Numbered from the stretch's first letter, positions 51,403 through 63,155 are shown. The stretch is DNA of 64,000 nucleotides from Antedon mediterranea (GCF_964355755.1 NC_092672.1:3782001-3846000); one strand, 5' to 3'. Translations and numbers: made by a program. Notes: generated by a model not told the origin, from the sequence alone.

Positions 51403-54400
51403 TCATTAACATGATAAACAAATTACATTACCCTATTTAAATTGTGTTAAATCTATAGGCTTTTTATAATAATGCAATTACTGTCTGATAAAAAAGAGGT
51501 CGTTTCGGATCTTTCTTCATCTTCCCTTCAGCTATCTTTGTCGATGTACGTAAATGAGTACATGACTTCATAATGTATGTTACGCGTAATGTTGTTATCG
51601 GAGTTTATTAGGGCTATGATTTATAACAGTAATGTTGTCGTAGCTCGGTATATGCTATAATTGGACAGAGAAAAACATTCTACACCGCCAACATCGCCGC
51701 TAAACCAGAGAAATTGTCCTGCTGAATAGTAAACCCTAGGCCTAGCCCAAAGATTGGTGGGCCACTAATGCTTAGTTCCTACTAGAGACGCAATACAAGG
51801 ACCTAACGCAACGTAAGTTAGTTGACCAATCACAAGCGGCAGTTCGAATAAATCCATCGCATATGATTAGCCAATGGCGAGATAAACTAACAAGGCTTCT
51901 ATTTTAAATGTTCACATGCGCACACTCAGTTGCTATTCGTTATCAAGTTAGATAGGCCTAGGGTGTAATTAATAGTATAGACCTACATTTCATATTAAGC
52001 GGATTGCCAACATGCTATAATATAATATCGATTTATACACATCAGATAAGCATTAAATTGTCAGAAACACGCACTAACGTTCAAGAATGTGTCTAATACT
52101 CGTATCTATATAAAATATCTTTTCAAACATTGGTTTCTTCGAAAGATTTGACGGTGTTGCTGCAAAGTGACGATACGCGTGACGCCGACGATGGCCGATG
52201 TGCGTCAACTTCGTTTCATTTGTTTTCAGATCATAAATTATTATTATTATTAATTAGCAAGAATCGCTTTTCGCGCAAATTAAACATTTTTTAGCTCTAA
52301 TTGGTTGTGCATGTTTTTCGCATGCCTTAAAACTTAATCATGAATAATAAGAAAGTAAATTATTTAATAGTATCCTTTTTTTTACTTACGTGCGCGTCAA
52401 AATGTTTCACCCGATACACGGTCGGTATGTCTAGTGACAATAAGCAGGCAGTTGAGTATCGTGTCTGCTATGAGGATCAGACGACTGCAAACTTTATTCA
52501 GCGTCTATTGACACTATACAATTCTATAGCCCTTTTTTTATAAGCGTTTATTTATGAAATGAATGATTAAATGCCAGTTTGGCGAGTTTGTCTCGCCATA
52601 GTCAGTTGAATGTTTCTTCGTACTCGTGTCGAGACGAACTCTCACTTGTGATTTATTATTGCGACATGCGTTCGGATTAATTTGCTTGATGATGTATCAT
52701 TTGATTTTTGTGTAGAAACATTTATAAATTTCACTTAGTAAATCTTTTCTATGCCCTATCGCTATCGCCTGTAATTACAAAATAAATCTACACATTCTGT
52801 AAATGAAAAATGTGCAGTTTAATAAACGAGTGTGAATATGAAAGCTTAAAGCCGTCTTTGGATATTACGTTTAGAGGGATAAGGTAAATAATGTGCTTAA
52901 AGGACGACTCCACGTTTATTATAAAAACACATTTATTGCAACCACGTGTAAATGCCTATATTAATGATCAGTGATTATTATAATATTGTTGATTTATGAA
53001 AAGCCATGTATGCCAAAATATTTTTCTTTTAGGCATATTAAATGAATTATGGAATACGATAAGCCCGGCTCATTTTCCAATGATACGTGCTTCATGATGT
53101 AATGCGTGCAAAAGTTGTTATGCACGCACACAATTTGTCACAGGAATTTCGGACCGAATTCAGCACACACAATACCCACACATCACTCTTCCCTACTGTG
53201 CGTATTTGAATTCTTGTCTAACTAACCAATATCATGAACATAAATATTCCTACATTCATAGCGAATTCTTTCGGGATTGTGGCACCGACCGACCATTCAG
53301 GCATCAATTAAAACTTTCTATGGGCCTAAAAATAATAATGTGTCAGAGCACACTCCATATTAATGCATTTGTTTTACTGTTACTAAGGTTTGAATAACTA
53401 AACGCCACCTGCTTGATACGATGATCATTGTACCGTGTCATCCGCCAAGAGCCTATACTTGTATCTAACTGACTTGCAATAGTCAGTTAGATAGTATCTG
53501 GTGACAGATACAGAATCGGGTGGTTGAATCCTTCTATGCGCGCTCAGTCACATGTGGTCATTCAGACCACAACAAATCAATATTGTATGCTTATTTTTAG
53601 CCCAACACATTATTATTACCCATCTTTTATATGAATTTAGGATTTAATACGAAACGCTATAATTCCTTAATGTGATTTTAATGTTGTTGTTTTTGTTATG
53701 AGAAAACCATTTGTTTGCTTCAAGTACTAGGAACACCCAGGTCTGATGACCTTAGTAAATAATTATCATCACATGTAAACAACAGTATCCGCATTCACAG
53801 TCAATTATTATTTAAATAACATGAATAAATTAGATGTATTCCAACAACAATGTGACGTTTCAAAGTTCTATTGAATATTCATGATTTCATTTTCTACCGC
53901 AACAAACAGCTCCCTCTCATGTCGCACTTACGATTGTTTCAATAAAAGCTGGTAGAATATTACAAGGAGATACATTAGGCATTCTGTGTAAGCTGATGCA
54001 CAACCACTCTACCAAGCTTCTAGTTATTGAAACAACGGTGTTTAATGTTTAACTGTGTTATACATCGAATATTGACATTTTAATAAAAGTCTAAACATTC
54101 TACTGGATGCTTTTAAGGGAGATAATTGCACTGCTCCAGACACACGGCCTCCTGTAAACCCTAAGTAAGTATTTTTTTGTAATTTATTTTTTATTGCGTG
54201 AAACAGATAAGTAGCAACAGTTTGGTATTAGATATCATAAACATATTTTGATTTCGCGTATTACAGTAGTCGGTTTGCCTTGGAGAGATCATTGAATTTT
54301 CAGCGGTGGTGATAAAAAGATCAAAAGGGTTATTTTATTCAGTCCATGCGCAAATCCTTACCGCCAGATACAATGTCTCGTGTTGATGATGCGGTGAAGA

Positions 54401-54983
54401 GATGATTATTCCAAATTGTTCATAGATTTACCGCGCAGTAGACGTATAACGTAGCTCAGTAGGCCTACCAAAGTTTTTTTTGTTGGTGGGGAACGCCACA
54501 GAAATTATCGCACTTTTGCCGTTTTTGCTCCTCTTAGATTTCAAGAGTTTGCTGTCGTCCACCGTATACGTGATTTCACAGGTGGATGTTTTCTTCTTTC
54601 TTATTAGGATATGTCCGCTCGCAAATGACTACGGAACCAGCGCAGATTTCATTATCTGCACTTTCCCATCAAATCGATCGGATTTAGTTTAGCCTTTCCT
54701 CGTCTATATCACAGCAATTCCACCGCGGGAGAACTTTGCTCTTGTTCTCGTAATTCAGTTTGGTAATGATTGGTAACAATAATGCAATAACATCGATATC
54801 TTGACTGTAGGCTATCGGGACGTTAAAATCGGACCAAATTTGTCGCCGTGACAATGTATAAATTGTAATGTGGATAATTTTAGAACTGTACATTTGTATT
54901 TACTAATATAATACGAGTATTTTCACAATTTATAATTTCCAGGTACCGTGCTTCTTCAAACCAGGTACCGTGCTTCTTCAACC

Positions 54984-55231
54984 ATGGACTTGAATACTAC
55001 CCCGCCATCAACTGATAACTGGACCTGTATTGAGTATCCAGGTGTGGAGCCATTTGCTGTCACACTACACATGGTGCAAAAGATAGTCTGCATCTTCTCG
55101 TTAATTTCAAACATTTTGGTGATTATTATTGTTCTTGGTGATCGCAAGGCGCACACAACAGCCAACCTTCTGATTGTGAACTTGGCCGTATCACAGATAC
55201 TGTTATTAGTAGTCCGGCTGCATTCATTACC
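54984..55231 (+). CDS. Class A (rhodopsin-like) GPCR, neuropeptide-receptor-like; coding exon 1 (N-terminus, TM1-TM2)
   Basis: ATG in accATGG context after acceptor(s) at 54942/54964. N-glycosylation sequons NTT and NWT, TM1 '..SLISNILVIIIV', TM2 'NLLIVNLAVSQILL'. Donor CC|GTAGGT at 55232 (phase 2) joins acceptor tttttag|A at 57378 to give CCA (Pro) in frame. Confidence 0.9.
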
Positions 55232-55829
55232 GTAGGTTACATTTTGTTTTTAGTATTATTGTAAATTTAATCAACTGATTTAAAAAGCATTATGATGCGT
55301 GTGTATGAATTAGGCGTGTGCGCGCACCATACTATTTTAAACCGAGTGGAAGTCGAAAGACTTTCAACCGATATTCATTTCTGTGTAAATAACCCTTTCC
55401 ATTCGATTCTAATCCGTCTTTTAAAACTATCGATAATATAATCTAACGCAGTGAACCATGGCATGTTCTGATTGGACAAGATATGTAACTAAGCACTCTG
55501 TATCCATCCAGTCGGTGTTTTAATACACTCGTAGGCTTTAAGGCATGTAATAACTACGACGGGAAGATAACTAACACATTACTAACGAGAAATCACAAAT
55601 TGTGTCTTTACTAATTACATCCATTTTGTAAATTGCGTGTGACGTGTTGAAATACTTATCCGAATAAGTCACTCAAGATTACATAGAGATCTGCATAATC
55701 ATCTTATAATTATCCATATTTAATTATCACATTGTTTAAATGAATTGTTTTGGTTCTATCATTGAGAAATCATTAATAGCAAGTTATTTGCTATATAAAG
55801 TAATACAGTTCAAAGTTTTCACATGACAT

Positions 55830-56152
55830 GAGTCAAATGGCCGAGCGGTTAAGGCAGGGGCGCCGTTTACTGTACGGTACCTAAAGAGCCAACAACATCG
55901 GCAAGGGTTGAGGCCGACTCGCTCCTCTTAGTTCTGGTGGTGGAAAGTATTCTCGGATAAGGACTATAAACCGTAGATCCAGTGTACACAGTTATAACCC
56001 AGTTCATTATTCGAAAAAGTAGGGGGTTACCCCGGTGAACTGGTTCACAAAATAGCCCCTGAATCAGGGGGATTACCACCTATCTGATAGGACAGTGATT
56101 AATTCACTATTGGTAATCCTTGGCCACATTGCCTAGAGACATAAAATAAAAA
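55830..56152 (+). mobile_element. tRNA-derived SINE with Deu/Nin-like central domain, in the GPCR intron
   Basis: A box TGGCCGAGCGG; CTCGGATAAGGACTATAAACCGTAG.TCC and AGTAGGGGGTTACCCCGGTG blocks; A-rich tail. Confidence 0.8.
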
Positions 56153-56562
56153 AGTTTAAATTAGTAAAAAATAAGAATAATAATGATTTGAACGAATTCT
56201 CCTAAACCTCAGTTAAATAAAGAATGGTCAGGATAGGTTATTTGATGAGTGGATTTATTTGCTCGAAATGTAACTATGTCAACTTACATTACGTGCGTGT
56301 GTCGCAAGAACATTACACGCTTGTCACACTAGCATTACATGAGTGTCACACGAGCATCACACCCGTGTCCCACGAGAATTATACGTGGTTGACACGCGTA
56401 TCACCAAATTTTTCATTTCTAGTTGAACAGTATTAATGATGCGTTTTCTACATACATACATATTTCACCTGAAGAGTGCGGCCAGCTACATGCTGGTCGT
56501 ACGAAACAAATTTGTAGTGATTAAAACAATGAAGTAACCAAGTTTTCTGCTGTTATTTTATT

Positions 56563-56565
<3 letters not shown>

Positions 56566-56606
<41 letters not shown>
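56566..56606. repeat. (TA)n microsatellite in the GPCR intron
   Basis: Directly visible. Confidence 0.95.
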
Positions 56607-56608
<2 letters not shown>

Positions 56609-57377
56609 CCTACTATTATGTATACATTTTCTTTCAATCAATTTTCCGCATTTGGGCCTAATAGGTAATGAGCAAAGGAGCTTATACCACTCAAATTAGC
56701 GAATACGTAATTAAGGCAGTACCAATTTCGTAACCAATAGCAATGATACTTTAAAAAGGTAATTGCGAAATTAAAAATATATAATTGCAAATATGAATGG
56801 CCTACCATTATGTTTTATTTTGATTACGTCATAAGTTCGGCGTGGTTATGTTTACTAATGTTTCTCAAAGATTCTTAATTAACACAAAATACTAATTGTT
56901 TATTGTTATGACTTGCTATCGTGAAATCACAACGTTTGTTTATATTTGCTTATATTGAACATTTTACGCATGCGTAGTGCAATCGAGAAATACAGTAACC
57001 TACGTCCTAAACATGGTGGTTTACGGCACATTTTCAACAATTTGTGTCAGATTGATTGATTGACACATTGAATGTTTGTGAAAGTTATTAGTAGACCATC
57101 AAACCAAATATCTATTTGTTTCACTCTGTTTGCAGTTTTGAGTCAAAAAAGAGAGTAATTTTGTGTTAGTAGTAACCCGATATCGTATCACCGTTGATAA
57201 TGCCTTTTTTTTTTATCGCAATCGAATGTATGCGCGGTACGTTTAAACGCTCACAGATGGAATGTGGTAAATCTACTCACATATTTACTTTTGTATAGAC
57301 CTCACTGAAAAATGAAATTATAAGTTAATTGATGTTATGAAAATAGTTTACATTTCTTTTTAAACATTTTTTTTTAG

Positions 57378-58248
57378 ATTGATTGCAAGTGATATTGGAA
57401 TGACATCATTAAGTTGTAAGCTGTGGAGGGGAGGTATGCATTGGTCGCAGGCCGCCACTGCATTAACGATTTGTACGATAAGTTTAGAAAGACGCCGAGC
57501 AACCAAATCGTTATCGCGTTCTTCTAACATTCCCCAGCGTCAGCTTGCCATAGGTGTAGCATTTATCTGGGTCATAACTCTCGCTGCCAGCTTACGTATG
57601 TTCATCGTCTCCGATATTACAATGCGATATCGTCCAAGTTGCGACGGAGAGCCCGTCACCACGGGTTTCTGTTACCCAGATAGAGAGCCAGGATATGACA
57701 TTTACACGTATTTGTTTCAGGTGTTTTTTTATTTAATACCATTGATAGTTATGAGTGTTGCGTATGGATGCGTTATTTGTTCTTTGAGATATACCTCTAA
57801 TGGGACGTCATTGCAACCAAGCCAGGTAAAACGAATGATCGCGACGCGTCGTAGAGTTTCAGTAACCGTTTTCGTAATTTCTTTAGCATTCTGTATTTTA
57901 TGGTTCCCGTATGTATTTCTTCAATTAATATGGTATGTTGAAGAATTCTCGTTAGGTATAGGTATGATACAAATCTTGTACTTTATTATTATTAGTGAAA
58001 TTCTTATTGAATTCCAAGGTTGCGTCAATGTGTTGACGCTTTGTTTTTTAAGCCAATCTTTTCGTCAAAGCATGCTGCTGTATCTTCGTTTTGTCTACAA
58101 CTGTGTTACAAAGTGTCGGTGTGGCTGCCGGAAAAGCAAGGCAGATGTATACGTTAGAAACGAACCTAAGTACACGCTACAATCGAACAATGACCACCGC
58201 GCAACAAGGAATACAAATGTAACTTGTGAACAATCGTCACAGCTCTAG
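57378..58248 (+). CDS. Class A GPCR coding exon 2 (ECL1 to C-terminus, TM3-TM7); full protein 372 aa
   Basis: TM3 'CKL...ISLERR', TM4 Trp 'FIWVI', ECL2 Cys, TM5 'YLIPLIVMSVAY', TM6 'FCILWFPY', TM7 'GCVNVLTLCFLSQSFR' with helix 8, and a Cys-rich tail. 248+871 nt = 373 codons including the stop. Confidence 0.92.
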
Positions 58249-58373
58249 AAAACAATTTATTCAACCGTGACGAATAATATTTCAGTCAGAGAAGAATGGA
58301 TTGGAGCTGACGGTGTGTATATTATAACAATAATATAGACAATATGCTTATTAGTTATAGTTTTGTAGCCTTA

Positions 58374-58755
58374 AGCGTGGTTCCCATTAGCGACGCAACA
58401 CAAGGACGTAACGCAACACAAGTGAATTGACCAATCACAAGCGATGGCTTATTCGCTTGTGATTGCTAACTGTCTATAACTTCGCTTGTCATTGGTTAAA
58501 ACGCTTGCGTTGCGTTTACGTCCTTGCGTTGCGTTCTAGTGGGAACCAAGCTTTAAGCTTGGTTCCCACTAGCGACACAACATAACGCAACCTACGCAAC
58601 ATAAGAAAATGCCCTTCTAATAATTGTGTTTGCCCCCGCCTGTGTGAAATAAAACCTACGATGTTTGCAGCACTATTGCGCCGTCGGTTCCACTTGTGAT
58701 TACGCAATATAAAGCCATTTGCGTCGATGCGTTGCGTTCTAGTGGGAACCACGCT
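58374..58755. mobile_element. MITE family B heterodimer (subfamily 1 forward + subfamily 2 reverse) just 3' of the GPCR stop
   Basis: TTA|58374-58552|TTA|58556-58755|TTA. Confidence 0.9.
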
Positions 58756-58933
58756 TTATTGAATTATATCTGTCTTAATTTGTGATTTCGTATGATTGAC
58801 TGGTTTATTCGTTCGATTGGAGCTTTTTACACGTTTCGCACTGAAGTATTTCTTAGGCCTGTAAGACTTAAATCGTTAGTCAATGCTAATAAATTGGCAT
58901 TATAATGTGCGAAATACCTACAAACAAATCTTA

Positions 58934-59086
58934 ATCTCTGTCTACACTATCAAACTTTATGTGACAACAAATGTGCCCATATATGGACATATGATGTCAC
59001 CTCACTACCATATTTGGGCACATCACTACCATATTTGTGCACATCACATTTTGTTGTCAAACTAGTTTGATAGTGTAGACAGAGGT
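58934..59086. mobile_element. MITE family A with TTA target-site duplication
   Basis: TTA|atctctgtctacactatcaaact ... agtttgatagtgtagacagaggt|TTA. Confidence 0.85.
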
Positions 59087-59313
59087 TTAAAATGCATGCT
59101 AAACACTGATGATGTAGGTCTATTGAAACATTGTAAAACGTAATTGGTTGAGCTTTATTAATAAGTACGTATATGGGTATGTCCTAACGTAATTTCGTAA
59201 CGGTATTGTGTAACGTAACAAATTTACCATATCTAGTATAACTATTCATACTGTAATAATTGTTATCAACTTACTCATACAAATATAAAGAGTTTTTAAA
59301 CAAATTTTACCGT

Positions 59314-59499
59314 CAGAATGGCGTAACGGCTGTGAGTGATCACTGGCTAAACCCAAGTTTATGGGGCCTATGAACAGTGCCCAGAGGAAAAAACAGTAAT
59401 TAAAATATGCCGAAAATGCTAAAAACGTCCGAGACCTCCAACGTTAGAACTTGAAGGGCCACTTAGGTTTTTACCAGTAGCCTCTGTGTTACGCCACTG
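59314..59499. mobile_element. hAT-like MITE (CAG.TGGCGTAAC...GTTACGCCACTG)
   Basis: Short imperfect TIRs; TSD not clean. Confidence 0.45.
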
Positions 59500-59613
59500 C
59501 TTACGTACAGCACAACATTTTCGACGCGTTTTACGTGTCTTCAACATCAGAGGAATCCCGAGTGTTGTTAGGTATACCGTATGTTGAATTTGCCCTTAAT
59601 TTGTGCTGTAAGT

Positions 59614-59940
59614 TTGTGTTTGTTTGTTTGTTTGTTTGTTTTATCTTTATACTGGGTGACCTCTTCAGTCAAAGACTGGTCTTCCAGAGGGCCCAGTTGG
59701 TGATCAGTGGCTGTGATGTACTAATACACCGGGGTAACCCCCTACTCGTCTCGAAAGATGTACTAGGTTCTTTAAAGTGCACACGAGCAAGTTGTGTACA
59801 CTGGACCTACGGTTTATAGTCCTTATCCGAGAAGACTCGTTCTACCACCAGAACCATGGAGTTAGCCTCGAACCCCTGCCGATGTTATGGCTACGTGATT
59901 ACGGTTCCACTGTCTTAACTGCTCGGCCACTCACCCACCC
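59614..59940 (-). mobile_element. tRNA-derived SINE with Deu/Nin-like domain and (AAAC)n tail
   Basis: Minus strand: TGGCCGAGCAG A box, GGTTCGAGGC B box, the same central blocks as 55830 but a different 3' part. A related 3' tail fragment lies at ~43250-43322. Confidence 0.8.
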
Positions 59941-60683
59941 AACTTTATGTTTTATACCAGTATGAACTTTCATTCTCATGTTTTGAAATTTGTAAATAAT
60001 TGTGTTGCCTATTAAATGGATGGAGAACGATTGTGGGTCGGACTACCTACATACTTCACAACTGAAATGCTAATATCCAAAATTAGACAGGGAAAGGGGA
60101 ACATATTTTCCTGGTCAGAGCATGCGCAAAAAGATGAGTCAATGACACAGTAACGGCCTCCTCCAACAGATCACTGCAATGGTGTGAAAAGGCCTTTTAA
60201 ATCCATGTAGGCCTATAGTAAAAAACATCTCTTTGTTAATATAGATCACTTACGATACTCTAAATCGAGTAGGTCTATCATAAGTGATCTTATTAATATA
60301 GACTGGGAGGATATTGTTTGAATGCAAAAAGATGAGGTAGGAAGGATTGACAAAAGAGGGATAATAAAGAAATAGACTATAGGCCTATATTTAATTGTTT
60401 GTTATAATTTTAGTGGGGACGGGTGAGGTGTGGTAAAAAAAACACCTTTATAAGAATTCGGGGGAATGCATGAATGCATGCACATTTCCGGGTATTTATT
60501 TATGTATATATGTATAAAAGAGATATAGTATTATTAACATACACGCATTTGGTCCGATGAAAAATAAAAGACCTTTTTAGCGACATGTTTATTCTGTGTG
60601 TGATTTTGTATTATTAGCGGATTTTTAGAAAGAAGGATTAGCGCCCTCAAGTCTTACAAGCTAAAGAGCCACCTGGACTGGAC

Positions 60684-60733
60684 CAAAGATAGTGTAGTAG
60701 GAAATGTAACATCTTCCTACTACACTATCTTTG
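60684..60733. repeat. Perfect 20-bp-stem hairpin, probably a collapsed MITE
   Basis: caaagatagtgtagtaggaa-atgtaacatc-ttcctactacactatctttg. Confidence 0.8.
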
Positions 60734-61179
60734 ACTAGGCCTAGGCCTAGACTGACAATGTTCTTCTTGGATAGCCTGTTTCAGCAATACTAGGTCTACC
60801 AGAGCGTGTATTGTGTGGGTGGCTAGTTTGTGAGGTAGGCGAAGTTCCACTTCTTTGTGTGAAATGAATGTAACAATATTAATAAAATTGGTATCAATCA
60901 GTATAGCCTACGAGGCCTAGCTAGGCAATATAGAGGCTAGGCCTACAGGCCCTAGCTAGCTAGGCTAGGAGTGGGCTAGACCTGTTGGCGTGGGAATAAG
61001 TCTATAGGCTTGAAGGATATACTCATGCTAGGCCTCCTACTATAGGCAAAGATACTATAGCGCCACGTGCACAACCTAATATCCCTGGAAAAGTGAAATT
61101 TTATATGAAAAGCATACATCCAATAATAGAGGGCAGTATTAAATCAATCTTGGGCATCAGCATAAATTCTCCTAATAAC

Positions 61180-61620
61180 ATGTATCACTCTCGAAGAAGA
61201 GAGAAAAAACCAAATTGCTAAATTCCAACAAGAACTTTTGGAATGTAATCTTTTTTATCTCTTTGACTATTTTCAGAATTTAGATTTATTCAACAAAACC
61301 CTTCTTATTCTAGGCAATGACCATGATTTATTTGATAATATTATTAAGTCTTTAATCGACAAATTCTGTAAATCATTGGCTAAATCTTTATGGAAGAAAC
61401 GTTGTGCTCTTTTAAACTTATACGTCAATGCTGTTGTGTTTTGAACTGCTTTTCTACTTTTGTGTGTCATTTTGATTTCCGTTTCGTAATCTTTGTCTTT
61501 TTATTTTATTTATTATGCCTTAGTGTTGAGTATTACACACACCGTTATACTCTTTATTACTAGACAAAATTGCATGTTTTGTTATTAGTTGATAAAATAA
61601 TAATAACAATAAATAATATA
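61180..61620 (+). mobile_element. 5'-truncated non-LTR retrotransposon 3' end
   Basis: Frame CITLEEERKNQI...KTLLILGND...KSLWKKRCALL* fits a LINE ORF2 C-terminal pattern (C..L...R / ILG / lW..R); T-rich 3'UTR and (AAT/AATA)n tail. Confidence 0.6.
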
Positions 61621-61856
61621 AAAGCAAAATAAAAACTAAGGTGGAGAGTTTGATTATCTTGTTCTCAGATTGGTGTTTTGATTTTTTAATTTTCGTTAAT
61701 TATCTTGATAAAGTAGGCCAATCAGCTTTGAATTACGATGAAAATCAGTGTTACTAGTACACACTTAGCCTATTATATCTCACCTCTTCATTTGTGGTAA
61801 AAATTAACAATGTAGGCCTACTACCATTTTCTTTCTACTAAAGGTATTTGAACAAT

Positions 61857-62029
61857 ATGCCTTCTGTTTGGCATGGCATTGTCTGTGTTGTTGTTGCTGT
61901 ATTCATTTACCAGTCTATGATGCCTACCACTGTTCAAGTTGTCACAGAGGTGATTATCACCGGTAGCCAAACAGAGATCTTTGTGTTTTTGAGCAATTTA
62001 ACCAGAGTTTTAGAATTACAAAAAGAAAG
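61857..62029 (+). CDS. Uncharacterised membrane-anchored SRPBCC/START-like (Bet v1 / polyketide-cyclase fold) protein, coding exon 1
   Basis: MPSVWHGIVCVVVAVFIYQSMMPTTVQVVTEVIITGSQTEIFVFLSNLTRVLELQKE: a hydrophobic anchor then an SRPBCC-like start (strand, then 'EIFVFLSN'). Acceptor tactaaag at 61843 implies an upstream UTR exon. Donor AG|GTAATA at 62030 (phase 2). Confidence 0.8.
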
Positions 62030-62143
62030 GTAATATAGAGTCGCTGTGTTGATATTAGAATGAATGCAAAGTTATTAGTTTTAGAATCAGGCCTGGTCTT
62101 TAGTTTTATTTTATAAAACAAAAATCCTGGATTGTTTTTTCAG

Positions 62144-62275
62144 GAAAGTTGATCTCGGTGAGTCAATGATGGAAGATAGTATAACAATTGACCACTACAA
62201 GATGATTGACGCTATACCTATTTTTGGATTATTTTCATATCAAATTAACTATGACACTTTTCTAAGTAAATTTCA
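62144..62275 (+). CDS. Same SRPBCC-like gene, coding exon 2
   Basis: Acceptor ttttttcag|G; open frame KVDLGESMMEDSITIDHYKMIDAIPIFGLFSYQINYDTFLSKF; donor CA|GTAAGT (phase 2). 132 nt, phases match both neighbouring exons. Confidence 0.85.
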
Positions 62276-62602
62276 GTAAGTAATTAATTTAAATTTGAAA
62301 TGAGCTTTTCAAGACCCTAGATATTTTACTTTTGGAATCTTGAATAAAAAAGTAAAATGCCTTTTCCTGATGCTAAAACAGTATAAATTTATAATATAAA
62401 GTCTTATATTCGCTAATACATATACTGTATATGCCAACATCTGAATTTATTAAAATGGGAGGTGATATTTTTTAAAGCTGAACACCATTATACATACAAT
62501 TACAAATTCAGTTTTATTTCTAATCTGGGAGAAAGAAAATGTAAAAAAATGGGAGCATGAATGATGTTGGTATTTTGGATTATCTTGGCATGAATGTATA
62601 TA

Positions 62603-62792
62603 CCGTACTGACGCGGGTATAAGCCCATACTCGGGTATAAGCCCACCCCCAACTTTTGACTAATTTTCATGAAAAATGAGGCACTCGGGTATAAGCCCAC
62701 CCATTAATTCGAAGATCTACAGTGTGTGTCGTAATACATTATTTTGTATTTGGCGACGTCCATACACCGGGCTTATACCCGCGTCAGTACGG
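62603..62792. mobile_element. Tc2/pogo-like MITE in the intron between coding exons 2 and 3 of the SRPBCC-like gene, TA TSD
   Basis: TA|ccgtactgacgcgggtataagccc ... gggcttatacccgcgtcagtacgg|TA. Confidence 0.9.
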
Positions 62793-62914
62793 TACTTAAA
62801 TTTTAAACCCAAAATTAACCCTGAAATTTGTTTTTCTTTCTTTTATACGGTAAACTTAAGTTGTTATGGTTCACATTATAATTCATTTTGGTTCACATTG
62901 TAATTATTCTTTAG

Positions 62915-63155
62915 AGAAAATTATACAATATCAAGCACATTCAACGTTGAATCGGGTTTCACGCATGGAAAAACAGTGTGGACATTACATGATGTAACAA
63001 ATGATAGTGGTCAGCTGACTTCACGGCTCATTGAACATTTCACGGCAACGTGCCCATGGATTTTTAGTCACTTTACGCAAGCAGTTGCCGCAAAAGAACA
63101 TTACGAAATTTTATCGTCCGTCAAGGAAAGGATAGAAGCTGGAGCGAACATGTAG
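62915..63155 (+). CDS. Same SRPBCC-like gene, last coding exon; total 181 aa
   Basis: Acceptor ttctttag|A; ENYTISSTFNVESGFTHGKTVWTLHDVTNDSGQLTSRLIEHFTATCPWIFSHFTQAVAAKEHYEILSSVKERIEAGANM*, i.e. beta strands then a long C-terminal helix. AATAAA at ~63228. Confidence 0.85.
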
